A stretch of DNA of 64,000 nucleotides from Eubacteriales bacterium. GTDB lineage: Bacteria > Bacillota > Clostridia > Oscillospirales > CAG-272. Shown here piece by piece: positions 8,604-16,564 of the stretch. A program made the position numbers and the translations under genes. The notes under the pieces were generated by a model. That model saw only the letters and a program-made list of their open reading frames with translations, did not search any database and was not told the DNA's origin. The stretch lies in contig JAZSBE010000072.1 in assembly GCA_045602215.1 (NCBI GenBank), positions 1,390 to 65,389 on the forward strand, in the 5' to 3' direction. Numbering within the stretch: the stretch's first letter is position 1; the number at the start of each line of letters is the position of its first letter.

Positions 8604-9863
8604 TTATTCCACGTCAAACGACAGGCTGGTGGTGGCGTTGCTGTGATTGGTGAGGGTAAAGGCAACCGTCTCCCCTGCTCCTGCAAGCACGACCTCAACG
8701 CTTGTGCCCGAGTAATCCTCGCCGCCGACCGTGAGGGTCACCGACGTGTTGGAGAAGCTCACCGTCTTCCCTGCCTCGGCGGAGAATACGATCGTAGCAC
8801 CTGCCGACAGGGACAGATCAATAGAATCATCAATCACAGGCGCGGGATCTGCCTCGGTGCCTGCATAGCAGTTCACCTCAAATGCAATGACTGCCGCGTT
8901 CTCTCCGTCCGTGGAGGAAACCTCGATCACCACCTCATCTCCCTCGGAAACGAGCATATACGTGCCGGACGCACCGTCGGTAGAGGGGGTCACGGCATAG
9001 GTGTTCAGGTTGGAGAGCGAAATATTGTTTTTCTCGTTTGCAGAAGAAACCACGAGAATGCCGCTCTTTTCGGCTACGTACTTGTAATAAACCGCACCGT
9101 CTGCAGGAACAGACGCCTCGGCGGAATTGCCTTCCATATCATAGGGATTCTCCATAGAGCCCTTGGGGGAAACCATGCAAACGGAGAGCTCCAGTTGGGC
9201 GTCGGTGGTATTCTTGATCGAGAATCTCGTTATCTCGCCCACCTGAGGCGTGATCGGAACCACGACCTTGCCACCCTCTGCGGTGTACTCGGTGTCCTTA
9301 TAGGTGATCACAACGCCCTCGTTCTCGACGGTGAGGTATCTCATAGCCGCGCCGCGGTAGATGTAGTAGACCTCGCCCTTGGCGTCAAGCGTGAGGGCAG
9401 TGACGTCCTCCACGATGATGAAGGGCTTTGCGAGCGTACCGTTCGGGTTGTTGTCAACGACCGTCAGAAGGATGTCCGACGTATCCGCAGTGACATCAAC
9501 CGAAAACGTATCGGGGGCGCAACCCGAAGGCAGCGTCTCATAATCGTAGCTGATCATATACTTGCCCACAACCAGCTTCGCCGAAACCGTGCCGTCCGAG
9601 CCGCTGACAAGCTCATAGGTGTCCGAGCCGCACTTGAGCGTGAATTTCACACCCGAGAGACTGTTGCCGTTGTCAAGTTTGACAGAAAACGCGCACTGCT
9701 TCTCGACCTTGGGGGGCTCCTGAGGAGAGGTGTCCTCGGGGTTGTTGGCTGAATCGCTCGCCTCTGTGTCGGGAGTTTCCTCGTCCTTTTTCTTGTCACA
9801 GGAAACCAGGCTCACCGACAGGACAAGCATGAGCGCCATAAGAACAATCCATATCTTTTTCAT
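8604..9863 (-). CDS. secreted lipoprotein with Cna-B-like and PPC-like beta-sandwich modules
   Basis: Start at ATG 9863 (AAGGAGA RBS); the ORF-track TTG at 9923 was rejected. Signal peptide MKKIWIVLMALMLVLSVSLVSC with lipobox. Modules open with KPF/NPY and contain VYYIYR/VYYKYV. Confidence 0.75.
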   Translation of the reverse strand: MKKIWIVLMALMLVLSVSLVSCDKKKDEETPDTEASDSANNPEDTSPQEPPKVEKQCAFSVKLDNGNSLSGVKFTLKCGSDTYELVSGSDGTVSAKLVVGKYMISYDYETLPSGCAPDTFSVDVTADTSDILLTVVDNNPNGTLAKPFIIVEDVTALTLDAKGEVYYIYRGAAMRYLTVENEGVVITYKDTEYTAEGGKVVVPITPQVGEITRFSIKNTTDAQLELSVCMVSPKGSMENPYDMEGNSAEASVPADGAVYYKYVAEKSGILVVSSANEKNNISLSNLNTYAVTPSTDGASGTYMLVSEGDEVVIEVSSTDGENAAVIAFEVNCYAGTEADPAPVIDDSIDLSLSAGATIVFSAEAGKTVSFSNTSVTLTVGGEDYSGTSVEVVLAGAGETVAFTLTNHSNATTSLSFDVE

Positions 9864-9894
9864 GTGTATTCTCCTTGATGTATAATATATGTTT

Positions 9895-9923
9895 ATTATA
9901 TCACGAAAAGCACTTAATTTCAA
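9895..9923 (-). promoter_or_regulatory. sigma70-type promoter of the 419-aa lipoprotein gene
   Basis: Reverse strand reads TTGAAA-17 nt-TATAAT with a TG extended -10. Confidence 0.55.
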
Positions 9924-9968
9924 GGCATTTGTCTAAATTCGTCACAAGTTTTGCAAGGAAAGAGAAAT

Positions 9969-9993
9969 GGCGCTCCGCAATTTGCGGAGCGCC
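9969..9993 (-). terminator. Rho-independent terminator after the giant lipoprotein gene
   Basis: Perfect 11-bp stem GGCGCTCCGCA / TGCGGAGCGCC with a 3-nt loop, followed on the reverse strand by ATTTCTCTTTCC. Confidence 0.65.
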
Positions 9994-10049
9994 ACAAGTA
10001 TGTCGCGAATCTCAATCAGGATTGCAAGGTGCAACCCGAGGAGTTACGC

Positions 10050-13000
10050 TTATGCCTTTGTAAGAACGAGATTGATCGTATCCTCGGTTACGGTCATAAA
10101 GTCTTCAGAGCATACGTCAAAGCTGATCGTTTCACCTGCCGCGAGGGTGAAGGTGTAAGGAAGCTCACACCAGTCGCCCATGGTAATGTAAACGTCTGCA
10201 TTCGTCTCGCCATCCGCTGCGGAAAGGGTGTAGGTTCCCGCCTCGGTAGCTGTGAACGTAACGGTAGTTGCGTTCGCGTAATAATTGGTTACGGTAACGT
10301 CAACTGCATTCTCACCGAGAACGAGCACGTTCGCAGAGCCTGCGCCGCCGGGAGTACCGGTTGCCTCTACGGTTACGGTGAACGCAATCGTATCAGCTGC
10401 GTAATCGTAGGTTGCAACGGAGATATAGAGTGTTCCGCCCGCAGCAATCGTTACAACAGGATTGGGTGCGCCGGGGGTAGCCATCGAATCAAGAAGCATG
10501 AAGTTATAGGTGCCGTATGCTACATAGTAGTTCGAACCCTGGAAGCTGAGGGTCACCTGAACGTCAGATGCACCATCGTTGGTGTAAGCGTAGAAAACCT
10601 CGCCATTTGCTGCAACCTCAGCGGAGAACTCGCCGCTGCCTGCAATGATGTAGGGATCGGTTTTCAGACCCGAACCAACACTCGCCTCACCGCCCTCAGC
10701 GGTAAGGGAGAAGTTAATGGTGTCTGCATTTCCATCATAGGTTTCAATCGTGATATAGAGGGTAGCGCCTGCTGCAACCGTTACGGTAGCGGGGTTGGGC
10801 GCTCCGGGGCTAAGCTGCTTATCAAGAAGATTGAAACTATAGGTTCCGTAGTAAATCCAGAAGTTGCTGCCCTCAACTGCAAATGCGAAGGTCACGTCAG
10901 ATGCACCGGTGTTGGTGTAGGTGTAGTATACGATACCACCTGCAGGTACGATTGCATCGTAGTTGCCTGCGCCGCTGAGAACGATGGGATCAGCCATAGT
11001 GCCTGCAGCACCTTGATCGTCATCGTCATCGCCGCCCTCGATCTCCTCTACGAGATAGAACTCAACGGTAACCGGGGTGCCTGCAACTTCATCTTTCCAA
11101 CCGTAAAGGCGGAAATTAACCTCGCCTGCTTCAAGGGTGATCTCTGCAGGAAAATCGGTGTACTTGGTCCAGCTGTCAGATGCGGCATCATAGATCTGGA
11201 ACCAAGTGGAAGTATCCTTATCGGTAACGTTGACAATATACTTACCTGCCACTGCAGTAAAGGAATACTCTTCAGATTCTGCAAAGTTACCGGGAGTTGC
11301 AATCACCTGAGACTTGACAAGCTCGCCTGTGATTACGACGACCTTTTCTTCAAAGGCAAGGTTGAATGCAACCTCCGTCGCGCCGTCTTCCCAGCCTTCT
11401 ACCTTGATCATGTAGGTAACGCCTGCGGATACTGCGAATTCATCAGCGGAAACCCAATCCCAAACATTGCTGTCATATACGTAAACGGAAGCGCCCGTGC
11501 ACGTCAGGGTAATGGTGCCGCTTGCTGCAGGAGTATAAGCGAAGTATACCTCGTACGCGCCTGCAGGGATAGACTCGTTGTTATCTCCTACTTCTGCAGT
11601 GTAGGGATTATCATACGCACCGGGAGCATATTCCCAACCGGTCGTGAACGCGATCTCAGCCTCACCAAGAGTGAAGGACTGGATTGCAAGATAGAGAACG
11701 TCGCCGGGAGCAACCTCTACCTTGGTGGTCGCATCCATTACGTTTGCAAGGTTATCAAGGTCGGTGCCGTACTTCGCGTTTACTCTGTCGGCAAAGTTGA
11801 TGACGAAATATCCGCCATCGTAAATGTTAACCTTGTACCATACGTACTTGGTAACGTCATTGCCGCCGGGATATTGGCAAGTAAATTCTCCGTCCTGATA
11901 CATGCCGAACGGTCTTGCCTGATCACCCTCGTTTGCATATGCAGCGGTCGTGATCGAGTAGGTGAACTCATCACCTGCTGTAGCACCCCAAGGAGAGTAC
12001 AGATTAATGCTTACCGTCTCGCCTGCTCTTGCATAAATGTAGAACTTGCCGGCTGCGTAATCATTATAGGTGTCCAACTGATAGGTCGGATCGCACATCT
12101 GTCCGTCAACGCTGGAAATGATGATGGTGCAATCCTCGGTTACGGTGTAGGTGTAATATACGTCATGCTCACCCGTTTGCGTGATGGTGGTGGGCAGAGT
12201 CTCAATGACGATGGGATTTTCTGCAGTGCCTGCAGTATCGCCGCTTCCGCCTTCGTCGTCACCCTCATCGTCGCCGCCGGTGGAACCACCCAACGCGAGG
12301 GTGTAATCGGTTCCGTTATAAGCCGCAGCAGTGGGAACACCATTAGTCAGGGTTACCTTGCCTGCCAAGGGATTGAGAACGTTGTCATTCTCGTCGTAGA
12401 GAACCATTGCGCCGTCAACAATCGCGTACGTGTACGTTGCGGTCTGATCACCCATCATAGGATGGCTGTAGTTGAACGTAACAGTCGTAGCATCGATGAC
12501 TACGGTAAGAGGAGAGTTGCCCCAATCATCCGTACCGGTATAAGTACCCTGAATGGTCGTCGTGTCATCGCCGCCCTCTTCTCCACCGGAAGTGGATTCG
12601 CAGGTGATAGTCAACGGATTTGCGCCAACTCTACCAAAGTTCGACAGCATAGAGAAGGTAATCGTGTAGGTCTTGCCTGCCTCAAGCGTATAGGTGTAGT
12701 CGGCATTCCTTGTAACGGCATTGCCGTCTGCATCGGTAACTGCACCAATAAAGAGGTCTCCTGCAAACTTGTAATTGCCGCTTACGGTAACTGCAAAGGT
12801 CCTGGAAGCGGTATTTGCATCGTACTCAGCCTGCGTGATGATAACAGAGTTCGATCCAACGGTTACGGTACCGTTATCGGTTACCTCTCCGCCGTCGTCG
12901 TCGTCATCATCATCGATCTCAACGTCATGCTCTACAACGTTGTAGGAGAAGGTGTAAGCATCGCCCACAGTGGGAACCATAAAGTAGAAGCTATAGGTCT

Positions 13001-14735
13001 GACCTGCAGCGAGCGTCACGTTAAAGCTGCCACCCTCACGATCATTGTTAGGATCTACGTAGGGAGCTCCTGTCCAAGCATCGTAATCAGCCTTATCAAT
13101 TGCTCCGCATCCTGCGGGAACGAAGATGGTGTAGGTACCGGACACGGGAGCTACGAAATCGTACTGCTGACCGTCAAAGGTATTGTTGTCGGTACCGGTA
13201 ACCTCAAACTCGGTGGTGCCCCAAAGTGCATCGCTCTCAACCACAACGGTCACGCTCTTGGAGATGCTGCCGCTGGTCAGAGTGATCACGTAGGTACCTG
13301 CGCTCTGGAGATAGAACTGAAGCTGCTCTCCAACGAGAGACGCAGTCATACCGGTCTTGTCAACCGTAACGGTTACGCCATCCAGGAAGCTGATGAAAGC
13401 ACCCTCGTTGCATCCAACGTAGAATACGGGAATGTCGTCAACGTGAGCACCGAGATCAACCGTAACAGTGGTAGCCACGGTGGTGTGAGCCGCGTCTGCA
13501 TAGATGATCAGATCGGTGGGAACGTAAGAATCGGTAGCAGGCATGGTGATCGCAGTCTGCGTGCCCGCGGTCTGCGCTACGATGAAGGTGTATGTATCTG
13601 CCTTCGCAGTATCCTTCATGGTAATGGTCTTGGTTGCCTGATCGTAGGTGTAGTCGTGCTCTGCCACATCCTTGAGAGAATTGGTGTAGCAATCGCAAAC
13701 GATCTTGAGAGAGGTCAGTGCGTTTGCCTCGGAGTAAGAGAACTCAACCTCAACCTCGTAGTAGTTTGCGCCGTCATCCTCGCCCTCGGCGGTATCGGTG
13801 TTGATCACGAGAATGCTGTAGGAGAACTTCGCCGTTCTTGCAGTCTGGTCGATCGACTCGGTAAAATCGGAAACCTTGTTCAGAGAGCCTTCAGCGGGCT
13901 TTGCCAGCTCGTAGAGTGCGGTGAGGATGTCCTCAGCACCGTAGCCGTCAGCCAGCGTGGAAACTGCGTAGTAGTAGCCTGCAAGACCTTCTACGTCTGC
14001 GGTAACAGGCTCTGCCTTGGTGAGCGCGCCGTTGGTCTTTTCAATGCTGAGACCGATTGCGCCTTCGCCCTGCATCTTCTTCCAAACCTCGTTTGCCCAC
14101 GCGCCCTCAACTCTCTTGGTGTAGAGACCGTCGGTGTAGACGTTGTACTCTACGTCGTGAGCCATGGTAACGTCACTGGACAAGCCGCGGAAGATCGCGT
14201 CGTAATCAACGGTACCGCTCACGATCTTGTTTGCGTTTGCAACGATCGCGTTGAGAACGGTTGCCATGTTGGACGTGTCGATCACCGTGATCTGCTTGCC
14301 GCAGTCGTCACAGTAGCCGGTAGCGGGGTTCACGATGTGAACGTGCGCTTCGCATACGTCACACTTGTAGTTCTTGTCGTCGTCAGCATGAACGCCCTCG
14401 CTGCTCTTCTGATCAGCGTGTGCGCAGGTTGCTGCCTTCCAGTGCTTGGACTCGTCGGAAGACCAGTCTGCAGCATAGGTGTGCTCGTGTCCGATTTCGT
14501 ATCCACAAACATCGCACAAGCCGTCTTGGCCCGCGTCAACGTGCGCAGCAAGATCGCCCTTGACTTCGCCGTGTTCACAGGTTGCCCGATGCCAGTGATT
14601 GGTTGCATCGCTGGACCAAGCTTCGCTAAAGGTGTGCTCGCACTCATCGTTGTCCTTCTTCTTGCCGATTTCGCAAGAGGAGAACAGCATTGCAACGCTG
14701 AGAAGCAAGCAGAGGATTAAGATTCTCTTCTTCAT
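10050..14735 (-). CDS. giant (1561 aa) surface lipoprotein with repeated PPC-like modules and acidic linkers
   Basis: AAGGAGG RBS. Signal peptide MKKRILILCLLLSVAMLFSSC (lipobox). Two N-terminal His/Cys-rich motifs, at least 5 modules opening with [DN]P[IYF] and containing Y[YF]xY[TV], and poly-D/E linkers. The antisense 1589-aa ORF was rejected. Confidence 0.85.
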   Translation of the reverse strand: MKKRILILCLLLSVAMLFSSCEIGKKKDNDECEHTFSEAWSSDATNHWHRATCEHGEVKGDLAAHVDAGQDGLCDVCGYEIGHEHTYAADWSSDESKHWKAATCAHADQKSSEGVHADDDKNYKCDVCEAHVHIVNPATGYCDDCGKQITVIDTSNMATVLNAIVANANKIVSGTVDYDAIFRGLSSDVTMAHDVEYNVYTDGLYTKRVEGAWANEVWKKMQGEGAIGLSIEKTNGALTKAEPVTADVEGLAGYYYAVSTLADGYGAEDILTALYELAKPAEGSLNKVSDFTESIDQTARTAKFSYSILVINTDTAEGEDDGANYYEVEVEFSYSEANALTSLKIVCDCYTNSLKDVAEHDYTYDQATKTITMKDTAKADTYTFIVAQTAGTQTAITMPATDSYVPTDLIIYADAAHTTVATTVTVDLGAHVDDIPVFYVGCNEGAFISFLDGVTVTVDKTGMTASLVGEQLQFYLQSAGTYVITLTSGSISKSVTVVVESDALWGTTEFEVTGTDNNTFDGQQYDFVAPVSGTYTIFVPAGCGAIDKADYDAWTGAPYVDPNNDREGGSFNVTLAAGQTYSFYFMVPTVGDAYTFSYNVVEHDVEIDDDDDDDGGEVTDNGTVTVGSNSVIITQAEYDANTASRTFAVTVSGNYKFAGDLFIGAVTDADGNAVTRNADYTYTLEAGKTYTITFSMLSNFGRVGANPLTITCESTSGGEEGGDDTTTIQGTYTGTDDWGNSPLTVVIDATTVTFNYSHPMMGDQTATYTYAIVDGAMVLYDENDNVLNPLAGKVTLTNGVPTAAAYNGTDYTLALGGSTGGDDEGDDEGGSGDTAGTAENPIVIETLPTTITQTGEHDVYYTYTVTEDCTIIISSVDGQMCDPTYQLDTYNDYAAGKFYIYARAGETVSINLYSPWGATAGDEFTYSITTAAYANEGDQARPFGMYQDGEFTCQYPGGNDVTKYVWYKVNIYDGGYFVINFADRVNAKYGTDLDNLANVMDATTKVEVAPGDVLYLAIQSFTLGEAEIAFTTGWEYAPGAYDNPYTAEVGDNNESIPAGAYEVYFAYTPAASGTITLTCTGASVYVYDSNVWDWVSADEFAVSAGVTYMIKVEGWEDGATEVAFNLAFEEKVVVITGELVKSQVIATPGNFAESEEYSFTAVAGKYIVNVTDKDTSTWFQIYDAASDSWTKYTDFPAEITLEAGEVNFRLYGWKDEVAGTPVTVEFYLVEEIEGGDDDDDQGAAGTMADPIVLSGAGNYDAIVPAGGIVYYTYTNTGASDVTFAFAVEGSNFWIYYGTYSFNLLDKQLSPGAPNPATVTVAAGATLYITIETYDGNADTINFSLTAEGGEASVGSGLKTDPYIIAGSGEFSAEVAANGEVFYAYTNDGASDVQVTLSFQGSNYYVAYGTYNFMLLDSMATPGAPNPVVTIAAGGTLYISVATYDYAADTIAFTVTVEATGTPGGAGSANVLVLGENAVDVTVTNYYANATTVTFTATEAGTYTLSAADGETNADVYITMGDWCELPYTFTLAAGETISFDVCSEDFMTVTEDTINLVLTKA
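10332..11003 (-). repeat. tandem duplication of a ~112-aa module inside the giant lipoprotein gene
   Basis: GTMADPIVLSGAGNYDAIVPAGGIVYYTYTNTGASDV...GAPNPATVTVAAGATLYITIETYD versus GLKTDPYIIAGSGEFSAEVAANGEVFYAYTNDGASDV...GAPNPVVTIAAGGTLYISVATYD. Similarity is visible at DNA level as well. Confidence 0.7.
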
Positions 14736-14837
14736 AAGAAGACCTCCTTGAAAAAAATTTTGTCACATATCTCAAGCAAAACGCCCAAAACAGGAACAAT
14801 TTTTGGTATAGTTATGCAAAAGATAACTATATACCTT

Positions 14838-14865
14838 ATTATAGCACACATTCCGAGTTTTGCAA
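14838..14865 (-). promoter_or_regulatory. sigma70-type promoter of the giant lipoprotein gene
   Basis: Reverse strand reads TTGCAA-16 nt-TATAAT with a TG extended -10. An inverted repeat lies at the predicted +1 (14805-14835). Confidence 0.55.
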
Positions 14866-14978
14866 GACCTTTTCCTTTTTTCATTTTTTTTTGTAACTTT
14901 GAACAAAAAAATCACGCGTTTGAAAGCTCTTTTTAGAATTCGTTTTGTGTATTTTTATTTTTATTCGGTAAATTCGTA

Positions 14979-15014
14979 TAAAAAAACGGTCTTCCCTCTG
15001 ATCGGGAAGACCGT
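14979..15014 (-). terminator. Rho-independent terminator ending the MoxR/VWA operon
   Basis: 11-bp stem ACGGTCTTCCC / GGGAAGACCGT followed on the reverse strand by T7. Lies 12 nt after the stop at 15026. Confidence 0.8.
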
Positions 15015-15025
15015 TTTGTCATATT

Positions 15026-16564
15026 TTAAGCGTAATATCCGCAGGCAAACAGCCATTGAGAGTCCTCGTAGGCGTAGATTCCTCTCTGCTCTGCCCATCC
15101 GTCACCGTCTGCAAAATATCTGTGCTGAATGGCAAATTTCTGCAGAAAATCGGCAAGCTCTTCGGTCACGGGCGCAACGCCGTCGCTGTTACAAAGCGCG
15201 TTGTACCCTTCCTTACCAATCAAATCCTTCGGACAGTTATTGCAGTTGCTGTGGCAGTCCTCACAGTCCGTCTCGCAGGCACCGGTGTGCCCTGCCTTTC
15301 CCTTGCACTCGCACTCGGGGACGCAGTAGTAGTCACTCGCAACAAGAGCGGCATAGCCTTCGATAAAGTGCTTGTAATTTTGCGTACCGTCGCTTACCGT
15401 GAGCGCCTTGTTACCAAAGGATTCCATCTGGGTGAAAGGGGCGTCCACAAAACGGCAGGGCGCTGAAATATACGCGACCAGAATGGGGCCATAGCCGCCT
15501 GTAGAGGCGTATTTTTCTTCATCGTACACGTGATAAACGCCGTCTCCGCCGTCGGAGATCTTCCACAGCTTGTAGTTGTCTTCATCGAATACGTACGCGC
15601 CAGGCTTCTCGTTGCCGTCTTTGTCCTTGAACAAGGTCTCCGCGCCGACGATCGTACCACCCGCAAGATCCTGAAAGGCTGCAAAATCAAAGCTTGACAG
15701 ATCCGCCGTCACGGGCATCATCGTTTTCTTGATTCCGTGCAGGTCAAAGCCGCCGTTCCGCTTGATGGCAAAGGTCAGCGTGACAGGATAAACGCCACTC
15801 TTCGTCTCTGCCGTCACCGCAAAGGTAAAGGTCTGGGATCCGCCGCCGCTGATCATCTGATCAGCGATCTCTACGGTGTGTACGAAATTTCTCGTAAAGC
15901 TGCCAACCGCGCCCAAGCCTTCCACCGTGTAGGGAGAGTGCTTGTAGCTGGAGCTGCCGTAGTAGGCGACTGCGATGGGATTGACCTCGTCCTCTGCGAC
16001 GCTCGCCCAGCTCTCAACGGTGTAGGTGCCGTTGGTCTTGGGCGCAAACTCAAAGTACGCCATCTCTCCCGGTTCACCGATCGTCACCGAATAAAGACCG
16101 GTGGAGCTGATCTCGTAGCAACCGTAAAGATCGGTTCCCCTTCCCTTTACCAGATTCAAATCGTAAAGGTCGAGGTAGATGTTCCTCTGCAGATTGGTCG
16201 CCGTATAGCCGTTGGTATCGTAGGCATAGCCCGAGGGAACGGTCGAGAGGGTGATCTTGTAATCTCCGTCCAGTCCGTCAATCCTCGCAACCCCGTCCTC
16301 TCCGACAGGAGCTACAAAGATATCGTATCCGTCGCTCCAATAGACGTTGATGGCGATGGTGGGCTTGTAGATCTCCTCGTTGAGACGAAGCGTTACGGTA
16401 AAGTCGTTGGTGGGGTCGTCGTCGGTCTGTCCGCTCTGCACCTTGTCCTTGTCATCGCGTCCTCCGCCAAGGTCAAGGGCGTCCTTGTAGCTGCCGCAGG
16501 CAAAGAGGGTCAGGCAAAAGGACAGAATCAGCAGCATTGCCGTTATTTTTTTGAGCAAAGTCAC
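15026..16564 (-). CDS. lipoprotein with Cna-B-like/PPC-like modules and Cys-rich C-terminal segment
   Basis: GTG start overlaps the upstream TGA (GTGA at 16561-16564). Signal MTLLKKITAMLLILSFCLTLFAC (lipobox). CVPECECKGKAGHTGACETDCEDCHSNCNNCPKDL...C has 9 Cys in 45 residues (15179-15325). Confidence 0.75.
   Translation of the reverse strand: MTLLKKITAMLLILSFCLTLFACGSYKDALDLGGGRDDKDKVQSGQTDDDPTNDFTVTLRLNEEIYKPTIAINVYWSDGYDIFVAPVGEDGVARIDGLDGDYKITLSTVPSGYAYDTNGYTATNLQRNIYLDLYDLNLVKGRGTDLYGCYEISSTGLYSVTIGEPGEMAYFEFAPKTNGTYTVESWASVAEDEVNPIAVAYYGSSSYKHSPYTVEGLGAVGSFTRNFVHTVEIADQMISGGGSQTFTFAVTAETKSGVYPVTLTFAIKRNGGFDLHGIKKTMMPVTADLSSFDFAAFQDLAGGTIVGAETLFKDKDGNEKPGAYVFDEDNYKLWKISDGGDGVYHVYDEEKYASTGGYGPILVAYISAPCRFVDAPFTQMESFGNKALTVSDGTQNYKHFIEGYAALVASDYYCVPECECKGKAGHTGACETDCEDCHSNCNNCPKDLIGKEGYNALCNSDGVAPVTEELADFLQKFAIQHRYFADGDGWAEQRGIYAYEDSQWLFACGYYA

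Noticed and set aside
9951-14720. 1589-aa ORF on the plus strand, the longest ORF in the track
   Set aside because: It is the mirror frame of the minus-strand giant lipoprotein gene. It has no RBS or signal peptide and a G/V/C/R/I-rich low-information composition. The minus frame has an AAGGAGG RBS, a lipobox signal peptide and recognisable repeated modules.
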